From Myxococcales bacterium (lineage in GTDB: Bacteria; Myxococcota_A; UBA9042; JABWCM01; BTVJ01), in assembly GCA_045863395.1 (NCBI GenBank), contig BTVJ01000026.1:1-64000 (forward strand): DNA of 64,000 nucleotides, read 5' to 3'. The translations under genes and the position numbers were made by a program. This document shows positions 39,416 through 48,460 of the stretch, one piece after another; within the stretch, counting starts at the first letter, position 1; the number at the start of each line of letters is the position of its first letter. The notes beneath the pieces are model-generated. The model was not told the DNA's origin. It worked only from the letters and a program-made list of their open reading frames with translations, and searched no databases.

Positions 39416-40732
39416 TTGGAGCCTCCCAACGAAGCCATACTGATCGCCATTCTGATCGTCCTCTCGTCCCTCTTCTCCGGCTCGGAGACGGCGCTCACCT
39501 CGTTTGGGGAGACGCGCATCGCCCGCATGTTGGAGACGCTCAAGGCGAAGGGACGCCGGCACCGCATCCTGGAGCTGTGGCACACGAACCCGAACCGCGT
39601 GCTCACCGCCGTCCTCGTCGGCAACAACCTCGTGAACATCGCCGCGTCCGCCCTCGCGACGGACCTCAGCTACCAGCTCGTGACCGGGGGCGACCCGGGG
39701 CACGGGGGGGAGGCCGCCCTCGCCCTCGCCGTGGGCGTCATGACCTTTGTCACGCTGGTGTTCGGCGAGATCGTCCCCAAGACCTTCGCCAAGCACAACC
39801 CGGAGCGCTTCGTGGGGCTCCTGCACGTCCTGACCTTCTTCTACTGGCTCCTCTACGTGCCGACCGTGATCCTGGAGCGCCTCTCGCGCTTCATGGTGCA
39901 CATGGTCGGCGGGTCGGTGGCGAAGGAGGGGCCGTCCGTCACCGACGAGGACATCGAGGACCTGATCAAGCTCGGCGGGCGCGAGGGCGCCTTCGACGAG
40001 CACAAGGGGGAGCTGCTCAACAGCGTGCTCGACTTCGCGGACACCCTCGTCCGGGAGGTGCTCGTCCCGCGCACCGACGTCATCGGCTTCGAGGTCAACG
40101 ACCCCTTCGAGAAGGTGGTCGCCGTCACCAAGGAGCAGCAGTTCTCGCGCTACCCCGTCTACGAGGAGACCGTGGATCACATCGTCGGGGTGTTCCACGT
40201 CAAGGACATGCTGGACAAGCTCGAGGGCGACCAGATTACGCAGTTCAACCTGCGGGACCTGATGCGGGCCCCCATCTACGTGCCGGAGACGAAGCGCATC
40301 AGCGAGCTGATGCGGGAGCTCCAGCGTAACAAGGTCCACCTGGCGGTCGTGGTGGACGAGTTTGGAGGGACCGCGGGCATCGTGACCATCGAGGACATCA
40401 TCGAGGAGATCTTCGGAGAGATCTACGATGAGACCGACGACGAGGAGGAGCCCGAGATCCAGGAGATGCCCGACGGGACGTGGGTCGCGGACGCGCGCAT
40501 GAGCATCAAGGACCTGGAAGACATGATGGGCCTCGACTTCCCGGACGAGTCGGACTACGAGACACTCGGTGGCTTCATCATCATGCACGCGGGCAAGGTG
40601 CCGGAGGTCAGCGAGGTGGTGCGCTGGAATGGGCTCCTCTTCACCGTGGCCGATGGTGACAGCACCAGGGTGTCCCGCGTCGTGATCTCTCGCTACGAGG
40701 GCGAGGGCAGCGGAGCCGATCCTACCGTTTGA
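39416..40732 (+). CDS. CNNM/HlyC/CorC family transporter (DUF21-CBS-CorC)
   Basis: FSGSETA, LVGNNLVNI, FGEIVPK, FSRYPVY, VVDEFGGTAGIVTIEDIIEEIFGEI. Confidence 0.95.
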   Translation: MEPPNEAILIAILIVLSSLFSGSETALTSFGETRIARMLETLKAKGRRHRILELWHTNPNRVLTAVLVGNNLVNIAASALATDLSYQLVTGGDPGHGGEAALALAVGVMTFVTLVFGEIVPKTFAKHNPERFVGLLHVLTFFYWLLYVPTVILERLSRFMVHMVGGSVAKEGPSVTDEDIEDLIKLGGREGAFDEHKGELLNSVLDFADTLVREVLVPRTDVIGFEVNDPFEKVVAVTKEQQFSRYPVYEETVDHIVGVFHVKDMLDKLEGDQITQFNLRDLMRAPIYVPETKRISELMRELQRNKVHLAVVVDEFGGTAGIVTIEDIIEEIFGEIYDETDDEEEPEIQEMPDGTWVADARMSIKDLEDMMGLDFPDESDYETLGGFIIMHAGKVPEVSEVVRWNGLLFTVADGDSTRVSRVVISRYEGEGSGADPTV

Positions 40733-40869
40733 CAGGTCCACGGCTCAAGGGTAACATCGCGCGCCGGCTTTCCGGAAGGGCCCGATCCGTCAAGAGCAGC
40801 GCCGGTCTTCGGCGCGCGGAGCGGCACGGGACAGCAAGGCCGGAAAGCACACCCGAGATGGAGGCTCTC

Positions 40870-42810
40870 ATGAAGGCGATGACGAAAAGGAGCGTGGTGC
40901 GTTGGTGCCTCGCGGCCCTTCTGACCGCGGCATTGGCGGTCGGTGGATGCAAGAAGGACCCGCCCGCCGCGCCTGCCGAGGCGCCCAAGGCGGGGGAGAC
41001 CAAGGCGCCTGAGAAGGGCGGTGAGGCCAAGGCCCCCGAGAAGGGCGGCGAGGCCAAGGCCCCCGAGAAGGGCGGCGAGGCCAAGGCCCCCGAGAAGGCC
41101 CCTGACAAGGCCGGCGACGAGCGCCCCGCGGTGCCCGCCACGGTGTCGGTCCCCGATGGAGTGATCCTCTACGGTGGCATCAAGAGCCTCGACGATCTGA
41201 CCGCCCGCATCTCATCCGTCGTCGACAAGGTCAAGCCCATGCCCGGTCTGGGCATGGTGATCACCGGCGCCCTGAGCAAGGAGCTCGGCCTGTCGAGCAT
41301 GGACTGGCTCGACACGTCCAAGCCCGCGCGCTTCGCGGTGTGGAACCCGAAGGAGGGCGGCCAGCCGCTGGTGATGGCCTTCCCCATGAAGTCACGGGAG
41401 GCTTTCGAGAAGGCGCTCCCGGAGGCGCGCGAGTCGGGAGCCGAGGGCAACGCGTTCAAGTACCAGGCTGGCATGAAGGACGCCTTCGTGAACTTCGCCG
41501 GGGACTACGCGCTCCTGGCCCGGGACGCCAAGGCGTATGACCGCCTCAAGGGCTTCGCCGAGGGTGGCCTTGCGGCCTACAAGCCCAACGACGCCTTCGA
41601 GATCACCATCGCGGTGGGCAACCTGACCCGCATCTTCAGCGACGAGCTCAAGCAGGCTCGCGGCGAGATGGCGAAGCTGATGGCCAGCGACATGGCCATG
41701 TCACCCTTCGCCGGCTCGGCGGCGAGCATGAACACGCAGATCGATCTGATGTTCGACCTGCTCGACCAGCTCGACCAGGCGACCATCTCTGCCCGCATCG
41801 ACGGTGACCACGTCAAGATGCCGTTCGCGCTGAAGGCGAAGGACGGCTCCTCCATGGCGAAGTTCTTCGACGCGACCCGCGACCGCAAGCTGACGCTGCT
41901 CGACTACGTGCCTGCCGGCTCCTACCTGGTGGTCGGGGCGAGCATGGACCCCGCGGGCTTCGGCGAGTGGAACGAGCTCGGCATGAAGATGATCGCGGAG
42001 ATGTTCAAGCTGACCGGCGAGGAGAAGGCCAAGCTCGACACGCTCATGAAGGGCGCCATGGCGGCGCAGACGGGCGAGTCGGTCTTCGCGCTCTACAAGG
42101 ACGGCGCCCTGGCCCTGTCCATGCTCGCGGTCGGCGGTGCGACGGACGGCAAGAAGCTCCGTGACCTGTCCTACGAGATGTATGGCATGCTCTGGACCAA
42201 GGTCGTCGACCTGATCAAGGCCGAGGCCGGCGCCGAGCTGCCCCCGGAGTTCGACCTGTCGAGCTTCAGCAAGGCCATCGAGAGCCTGGCCGCCGTCGCG
42301 GAGCCCCTCGGCGTCACCGTGAAGGTGGCGACCGAGGAGTACAACGGCGCCACCATCGACAGCATCGCGATCACTATCGACTATGCGCGGTTCCCCCTGG
42401 CTCAGGAGGACGCCGAGGCTGCCGCGGTCATGAAGGCCATCGTCGGCGACAAGATCGTGCTTGCGGCAGGCTACGGCAAGGAGCGCTACGGCATGGCCAT
42501 GGGCCCCGACGCGGTCGCGCGGGTCAAGGACGTCGTCGACGGCAAGAAGGGCGCCACGCCGGTCGCCATCAAAACCGCCGTGGAGCACGGGGTGCCCGGG
42601 GCGTCCATGCTGTTCTACCTGTCCGCGGTGGACGGCCTCAAGGCGTTCGCGGCCCTGCCCCAGCTCCAGCCCATGAGCGACACCATCCGCGGCATGTCTG
42701 CGGCGAGCGGCGCGGCGTTCAGCTTCGGCTCGGCGAGCGGCGGTGGCCTGTCCGCGGTCATCGACGTGCCGATGAGCCACGTGCAAGAGGTCCTGAAGCT
42801 CCAGCGCTAG
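40870..42810 (+). CDS. Large hypothetical lipoprotein with PEKGGEAKA repeats
   Basis: Lipobox AVGGC; strongly GC3-biased codons. Confidence 0.85.
   Translation: MKAMTKRSVVRWCLAALLTAALAVGGCKKDPPAAPAEAPKAGETKAPEKGGEAKAPEKGGEAKAPEKGGEAKAPEKAPDKAGDERPAVPATVSVPDGVILYGGIKSLDDLTARISSVVDKVKPMPGLGMVITGALSKELGLSSMDWLDTSKPARFAVWNPKEGGQPLVMAFPMKSREAFEKALPEARESGAEGNAFKYQAGMKDAFVNFAGDYALLARDAKAYDRLKGFAEGGLAAYKPNDAFEITIAVGNLTRIFSDELKQARGEMAKLMASDMAMSPFAGSAASMNTQIDLMFDLLDQLDQATISARIDGDHVKMPFALKAKDGSSMAKFFDATRDRKLTLLDYVPAGSYLVVGASMDPAGFGEWNELGMKMIAEMFKLTGEEKAKLDTLMKGAMAAQTGESVFALYKDGALALSMLAVGGATDGKKLRDLSYEMYGMLWTKVVDLIKAEAGAELPPEFDLSSFSKAIESLAAVAEPLGVTVKVATEEYNGATIDSIAITIDYARFPLAQEDAEAAAVMKAIVGDKIVLAAGYGKERYGMAMGPDAVARVKDVVDGKKGATPVAIKTAVEHGVPGASMLFYLSAVDGLKAFAALPQLQPMSDTIRGMSAASGAAFSFGSASGGGLSAVIDVPMSHVQEVLKLQR
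41011..41098 (+). repeat. 27-bp tandem repeat, 3.3 copies, in frame
   Basis: gagaagggcggYgaggccaaggccccc repeated. Confidence 0.9.
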
Positions 42811-43666
42811 CCCGCCCCGCCCACCAGACGACCCCCGCCCCGACCAGGGCGGCCAGCGCCACCCACTGGGAGGTCGAGAGCGGCCCCCAGTGACCCCGCT
42901 GGGCATCCCCCCGAAGCAGCTCGATGAGAAACCGGGCCGTCGCGTACAGGGCGACCCACGCCGCGAGCACCTCGCCGTGGAAGCGCTTGTTCGCGCGCAC
43001 GCGCAGGAGCAGGCCGAACAGCAGCAGCTCCACGGCCGCCTCGTAGAGCTGTGTCGGGTGGATCGGGCCTCCGAGGAGCCAGGCCTCCGAGCCAGGCGGG
43101 AACGTCACGCCCCAGGGGAGGTCGGTCCTACAGCCGTAGCAGCAGCCCGCCAGGTAGCACCCGATGCGTCCGAAGACGTGGGCGAGGGCGACGCTCGGGA
43201 CGAGGGTGTCCGAGAGCAGCCCGAAGCCTGCCCGGTGCCGCAGTGAGAAGCGCCACAGGACCAGGGCAGCCGCCGCGACCCCGCCGTAGAACACGAAGCC
43301 GCCTCGCCACAGCTCCAGGGCAGCAGTGCAGTTCCGGACGGTCGCGCAGGTGCCGGCGTCGCAGACCTGCAGGTCGGGGCATGCCCCGAGCGGCGTGCAT
43401 GGGATTGAGGGCAGCGCATCTTGCGGGTCGAAGCACAGGTCGTAGAAGAACTCCCATCGAACGGCCAGGAACGCGAGGCGCGAGCCGACGATGGCGGCCA
43501 TCATCAGCCAGAACATCAGGTCGATGACCGCCCCGCGGTCGAGGCCGACGCGCGGCGCCTCCCGGCCCGCCACGGAGAGGGCCGCCAGGTAGCCGAGAGC
43601 GATCATCACGCCGTAGGCGGGGAGGACGATCCCGATGCCCGTACCCGCAAGCAGGTCAGGGTGCAT
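42758..43666 (-). CDS. lgt: Prolipoprotein diacylglyceryl transferase
   Basis: YGVMIALG, IVGSRL, WRGGFVFYGG, GRIGCYLAGCCYG, HPTQLYE, RFLIE.LRGD. Confidence 0.93.
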   Translation of the reverse strand: MHPDLLAGTGIGIVLPAYGVMIALGYLAALSVAGREAPRVGLDRGAVIDLMFWLMMAAIVGSRLAFLAVRWEFFYDLCFDPQDALPSIPCTPLGACPDLQVCDAGTCATVRNCTAALELWRGGFVFYGGVAAAALVLWRFSLRHRAGFGLLSDTLVPSVALAHVFGRIGCYLAGCCYGCRTDLPWGVTFPPGSEAWLLGGPIHPTQLYEAAVELLLFGLLLRVRANKRFHGEVLAAWVALYATARFLIELLRGDAQRGHWGPLSTSQWVALAALVGAGVVWWAGRASAGASGPLARGSSARR

Positions 43667-43785
43667 GGGGGCGACCGGGGGGCCCGGACACGTCGGGGTG
43701 GGAGACGGGGCGGACACTCCGGGCCAGGCGCATGTGCCATGGGTTGGGCAGGTGTCTCACGCCGGGAGAGGACAGCATCTGCGGC

Positions 43786-44823
43786 TCACACGCCCGTGCG
43801 CGCCACCTCGGGCTTCTCGGCCTCGCGGAACAAGGTGCTGTTCTTCTTCAAGAGCATCTCGTAGAGGAGGAAGCCGACCCCGACGGTGATGCCGATGTCC
43901 GCGATGTTGTAGGTGGGCCAGTGGGTGTTGCCCACGTAGTTGTCGATGAAGTCGATGACGTAGTTGAAGCGCATGCGGTCGATGAAGTTGCCGATGGCTC
44001 CCCCGAGGATCGCCGAGAAGGCGACGGTCGCCAGGCGCTGGTTGGGCTCCAGCCGCACCACGACGACGAGGATCACGACCGCCGCAATGAGGGAGACCAG
44101 GCCGAAGAACGTCTGGCGGAAGGTCCCATGGGCCTGGGCGAGGAAGCTCCATGCTGCGCCCGGATTCTCCGCGTAGATGAGCTGGAAGAAGCCGGGGATC
44201 ACGGTGAGCTTCCGCTGCGCGAGCAGGTACAGGTCGCCCTCGTTCACCTGACGATCCGCGGTGAGGCCCTGGTTGCGCGGCGGGACGGGGTACGTGAACT
44301 CGGCCGCCACTCGCCCGGCGTCCGATGCGGAGAGGTAGGGGACCCGATCCACTAGGAAGTCCGCCAGCTTCACGTCGGACAGCACCGCCGCCACCGCCGC
44401 CTGGCGGTCGGAGTCTGCCACGTCCGGCCGGGCAAAGGCGAGCCAGCGCTCGGCGAGGACGTGGTCCTGTCGCAGCACGCGGCGTGGCGGCAGCTCCAGG
44501 GACGAGCGAGCGAAGACGTAGTAGCCGGGCGCCCGCGCCGCGGGGTCGGTGAACACCTTGGTCTCCCCGGTCAGGCCCTTCGGGGCTGTCAGGAGCAGGA
44601 CGTCCTCTGCGATGGCGGCAGACAGCGCCTCGCCGGTCAGCTCCGGGAACCGCGCCGACAGGACCGCGCCGAGCGTGCTGCCTGCCTCGCCGCTCGAGAT
44701 GACGATGGGAAGAGGGTGCTCGCCGTTGGCCAGGCTCGTCTCGGCCCAGACCTTCGTCCATTGATCCAGGCCGACGGTCACTGCGACGACGAGGACCAGG
44801 GTGACGTACTTCTTTGTGTTCAT
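43786..44823 (-). CDS. lspA: Lipoprotein signal peptidase II with a large insertion
   Basis: LDQWTK, ENPGAAWS, ILGGAIGNFIDR, VIDFI, WPTYNIAD. Confidence 0.93.
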   Translation of the reverse strand: MNTKKYVTLVLVVAVTVGLDQWTKVWAETSLANGEHPLPIVISSGEAGSTLGAVLSARFPELTGEALSAAIAEDVLLLTAPKGLTGETKVFTDPAARAPGYYVFARSSLELPPRRVLRQDHVLAERWLAFARPDVADSDRQAAVAAVLSDVKLADFLVDRVPYLSASDAGRVAAEFTYPVPPRNQGLTADRQVNEGDLYLLAQRKLTVIPGFFQLIYAENPGAAWSFLAQAHGTFRQTFFGLVSLIAAVVILVVVVRLEPNQRLATVAFSAILGGAIGNFIDRMRFNYVIDFIDNYVGNTHWPTYNIADIGITVGVGFLLYEMLLKKNSTLFREAEKPEVARTGV

Positions 44824-44904
44824 CGCGGGTGCGTCCTCGCGGCGTCGGGAGGGCGGTACGTTACCCGGTGAGGGCGCGGATGTCCAACGGCGGTAGGCCC
44901 CAGC

Positions 44905-45519
44905 TCACCGCGGCGGCGAGGTCTCGGCGCGGATCCTCTCCATGAGCTCCGAGTAGGACGTGTTCTCGACGATGGTGGCGATCTGGATCTGGTAGCGCTC
45001 CAGCAGGTCGGACCGCCCGCGGCGCCGGGCGTCGTCGAGCGCCTTGTGGAGCGTGATGAAGGCGCGCTCCGTGTTCACGAAGTACTCCACTCCCATCAGG
45101 GTCACGATCATGGCGCTGCCCGTGATGCTGCGCGACGAGTGGCTGAACTCGAAGGTCCGGCCCCGGGAGTTCTGCAGGCCCAGCACGACGGCGCCCACGG
45201 CATCGCTGCCCGCCCTCTCACGACGGGTGTCCAGCCGCGCCTCCACACGGAAGGTCGAGAACTGGATGCTGTTCAGCGAAGGGTACCGCTTGCCCAGCTC
45301 CTTCTGGAGGGCGTGGAAGACGGCATCGACGAAGCCCACGCCTTCTCCCCTGATCTCCAGCTGCGTCTTGGTCGGGTGCTTGTGCAGGGAGCAGGAGACG
45401 GTGCACTTGCCCGTGTCCACGTCCTCCTCCAGCACGAAGCGGTCGACGCGCAGGTCGAGGTACTGGTCTCCCAGCACCTCGCGGACGAGCTGCACTGTGG
45501 CCTCCATGGCTTGGTTCAT
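44905..45519 (-). CDS. Hypothetical protein resembling a stand-alone LeuA allosteric domain
   Basis: GEGVGFVDAVFHAL...FRVEA...GSDAVGAVVL; AGGAGG SD. Confidence 0.6.
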   Translation of the reverse strand: MNQAMEATVQLVREVLGDQYLDLRVDRFVLEEDVDTGKCTVSCSLHKHPTKTQLEIRGEGVGFVDAVFHALQKELGKRYPSLNSIQFSTFRVEARLDTRRERAGSDAVGAVVLGLQNSRGRTFEFSHSSRSITGSAMIVTLMGVEYFVNTERAFITLHKALDDARRRGRSDLLERYQIQIATIVENTSYSELMERIRAETSPPR

Positions 45520-45871
45520 GGGGTGTTCCTCCTGGCTGTCAGGGATGCGAGAGCGAGCTGGGTGGCACCCGCCGTGGGGGGTGCCTGGTGCCCGTCGCGG
45601 AGTCGGCACAGTCACGCGGGCACGAGCCCGCACCGATCAACAGTAGCACAACGGTGGAGCGCCGGCTGTGAATTCCTGGTTCGTAAATGAGGCCACGCGC
45701 TGGCCGCCCAGACGTGGGGGAGGGCGCTCCCGACCAGCAACCACGGCGTTTTGTTGACGATTCTGGGGGATTCTGCTAGAGCGAGGGGCGCACGTCGTGT
45801 TCCGTGCAGTTCCCGGCAATGCCTGCGCGAGCCCTCGGGTACCGGTTGCGGCAGGCGCCACAGGAGATCGC

Positions 45872-46219
45872 ATGCTGAGGTCCACGCCGATCCGTCTTCT
45901 CCGCGCTGCCCTGGTGGGTTGCCTGCTGGCCTTGGCGGCCTGCGGCCCCATCCAGTCGGCGCAGGCGATCCGGGAGGGGCAGAAGTCGCTCGAGACGGCG
46001 CGCCTCGCCGAGGCGGAGCAGCTTGCTCCCTACCACTTCCATCGGGCACTCGCGTACCTGGAGATGGCCAAGCGGAAGTCGGGCTTCTCGGAGTTCGAGG
46101 TCTCACAGGAGTACGCCAAGGTCGCCAAGGTGGCGGCTGACCAGGCGGTGGTCAACGCCAGGAAGCGCCAGGCGCTCAAGCTCATCCTGGAGCAGCGTCG
46201 CCTCAAGGGGGCCCCATGA
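45872..46219 (+). CDS. DUF4398-like small lipoprotein
   Basis: Lipobox LAAC; AEQLAPYHFHRA.AYLEMAK; directly upstream of the OmpA gene. Confidence 0.75.
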   Translation: MLRSTPIRLLRAALVGCLLALAACGPIQSAQAIREGQKSLETARLAEAEQLAPYHFHRALAYLEMAKRKSGFSEFEVSQEYAKVAKVAADQAVVNARKRQALKLILEQRRLKGAP

Positions 46220-47271
46220 GCCGCAAGCTCATTGCCTGCGCAGTGGTGTGCGTCGTTGGCGCGCTCTCCCTCGCCGGCTGTGCGACGACCGGTGACGTCC
46301 GGGCCCGCACCGACGAGATCGAGACCTTGCTGCACAAGATCCACGGGCCTGCCTCGGTGTGCATGCCCAAGCAGCTCGCCTGGTCCGAGCTGATGGTCGA
46401 CGTCTCGCGCTACGAGTCGGATCGGGGCGAGACCGTGCTGGCTGACATCCACATGCGCGAGGCATCGGACCTCGCCGCCGAGGCATGGAAGGGGTCGCGT
46501 GGCCCCGAGTGCGAGGTGGACACGGACTTCGACGGCATCGTGGACTCGAAGGACGAGTGCATCAACGACCCAGAAGACTATGACGGCATGGAGGACGAGG
46601 ACGGCTGCCCGGAGGAGGACCGCGACGGCGACGGCATCTCGGATCGGCGCGACCGCTGCCCCGATCAGCCCGAGGACCGGGACGGCTGGCAGGACGAGGA
46701 CGGCTGCCCCGACCCGGACAACGACGGCGACGGCATCCTCGACGGGAAGGACCAGTGCCCCAACGAGCCCGAGGACAAGGACGGCTGGCAGGACGAGGAC
46801 GGCTGCCCCGACCCGGACAACGATGGGGACGGGATCCCGGACCTCCAGGACCAGTGCCCGAATGAGGCGGGCGACAAGGCCAACAACGGGTGCCCGAACC
46901 GGTACAAGGACATCGAGATCGAGGGCGACCAGATCAAGCTGAAGAAGAAGGTCTTCTTCGCGACGAACAAGGCGACCATCATGCCCCAGTCCTTTGACAT
47001 GCTGGGCGAGATCGCCGACGTCCTGATCAAGAACCCCAAGTGGGTCGTGCGGGTCGAGGGGCACACGGACAGCCGAGGCAATGACTCGTACAACAAGAAG
47101 CTGTCGCAGAAGCGCTCCGAGTCCGTGCGCGCGCACCTCATCGGGCGCGGGGTCAACCCGCAGGCCATGATCGCCATCGGCTACGGCGAGGAGCAGCCCA
47201 TCGGTGACAACAACACCGAGGAGGGCCGCGACATCAACCGCCGCGTCGAGTTCCACATCATCGCGAAGTAA
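46216..47271 (+). CDS. OmpA-family lipoprotein with thrombospondin type-3 repeats
   Basis: LAGC; 33-aa repeats CP.QPED.DGWQDEDGCPDPDNDGDGI; VEGHTD, LSQKRS, GYGE, NRRVEF. Confidence 0.93.
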   Translation: MSRKLIACAVVCVVGALSLAGCATTGDVRARTDEIETLLHKIHGPASVCMPKQLAWSELMVDVSRYESDRGETVLADIHMREASDLAAEAWKGSRGPECEVDTDFDGIVDSKDECINDPEDYDGMEDEDGCPEEDRDGDGISDRRDRCPDQPEDRDGWQDEDGCPDPDNDGDGILDGKDQCPNEPEDKDGWQDEDGCPDPDNDGDGIPDLQDQCPNEAGDKANNGCPNRYKDIEIEGDQIKLKKKVFFATNKATIMPQSFDMLGEIADVLIKNPKWVVRVEGHTDSRGNDSYNKKLSQKRSESVRAHLIGRGVNPQAMIAIGYGEEQPIGDNNTEEGRDINRRVEFHIIAK

Positions 47272-47339
47272 GACCGCGCGCCTCTTCGGGGCCTCCCGGC
47301 TCGAAGCAGTCCCCGGCGGAGTGGCCCCGAGGTGAGTCC

Positions 47340-48452
47340 ATGGAGACCGTCGGTCTCGGCAACATCTATCCCGTGATCATGGCTGGCGGCGCTGGGACGC
47401 GCTTCTGGCCCGTCAGCCGCCAGCTCCGGCCCAAGCAGCTCCTGCGGTTGTTTGGGGAGCGCACGCTGCTGGAGGATACGGTCGAGCGGGTGCTCCCCCT
47501 GGCCGTGCCTGAGCGTGTCGTCGTCGTTACCAGTGAGGGGATCGGGGACGAGGTGCGGCGGCTGCTGCCCGCCATCCCCGCGCAGAACGTGCTCTGTGAG
47601 CCCGCCGCGCGCAACACGGCGGCTGCGATCGGGTTCGCCGCGAGCTTCGTCGCGCGCCAGGACCCCGCGGGACTCCTCGCGGTCATGCCCAGCGACCACT
47701 TCGTGGTGGATATCCCGGCCTTCCTTCACGTCGCGCGGTCTGCGGCGATCTACGCTCAGGACGGGGCCATCGTGACCCTCGGGATCACTCCTACGCGCCC
47801 GGAGACCGGGTACGGCTATATCCGCTTCGGAGACTATGTGCCGCCGCCCGAGGGCGATTTGCCCGAGGGGCCGGTGCAGGTGGCGCGGAGCATCGGCGCG
47901 TTCGTGGAGAAGCCGACCCAGGCCGTGGCCCTCGGTTACCTGAAGGAGGGGCGCTATCTGTGGAACGCGGGGGTGTTCTTCTTCAGGGCCGACGTGATCC
48001 TGGGCGAGATCGCCCGGTTTCTGCCTGAGCTGGACGAGGGCCTGAAGGCCGTGCGTGCGGCGTTGGACGCCCCAGACCCGACCGAGGCGCTCCGCGGCGT
48101 CTACCCGCGCCTGTTGTCGACGTCCATCGACTATGGGGTGATGGAGCACACGGACCGCATCGTGGTCATCCCCTCGAGCTTCGGCTGGAGCGACGTGGGG
48201 AGCTGGCAGAGCCTGGACGACTTCCGGGAGCCGGGCGCGCCCAACGCGGTGCAGGGAGAGGTCATCGCCATCGACGCCACGGACAACGTCCTCTACGGGC
48301 ACGACGGGATGGTGGTCTCAGCCGTCGGCATCGAGGGCCTGGTGGTCGCTGCTTCGAGGGACGCGGTGCTCGTGTGCCCGAAGGAGCGCTCCCAGGACGT
48401 GCGCCGCGTCGTCGAGGAGCTGCGACGCCGCGGGCTCGACAGGCTGCTGTGA
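47340..48452 (+). CDS. manC: Mannose-1-phosphate guanylyltransferase
   Basis: VIMAGGAGTRFWPVSR...PKQ, EPAARNTA, PSDH, PETGYGYI, FVEKP, SIDYGVME, GWSDVGSW. Confidence 0.95.
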   Translation: METVGLGNIYPVIMAGGAGTRFWPVSRQLRPKQLLRLFGERTLLEDTVERVLPLAVPERVVVVTSEGIGDEVRRLLPAIPAQNVLCEPAARNTAAAIGFAASFVARQDPAGLLAVMPSDHFVVDIPAFLHVARSAAIYAQDGAIVTLGITPTRPETGYGYIRFGDYVPPPEGDLPEGPVQVARSIGAFVEKPTQAVALGYLKEGRYLWNAGVFFFRADVILGEIARFLPELDEGLKAVRAALDAPDPTEALRGVYPRLLSTSIDYGVMEHTDRIVVIPSSFGWSDVGSWQSLDDFREPGAPNAVQGEVIAIDATDNVLYGHDGMVVSAVGIEGLVVAASRDAVLVCPKERSQDVRRVVEELRRRGLDRLL

Positions 48453-48460
48453 GGGACACC

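Noticed and set aside
41011..41098. CRISPR-like repeats
   Set aside because: No spacers; in-frame coding tandem repeat; no cas genes
46657..46860. 99-bp tandem repeats
   Set aside because: Ordinary TSP3 Ca-binding repeats of the OmpA protein
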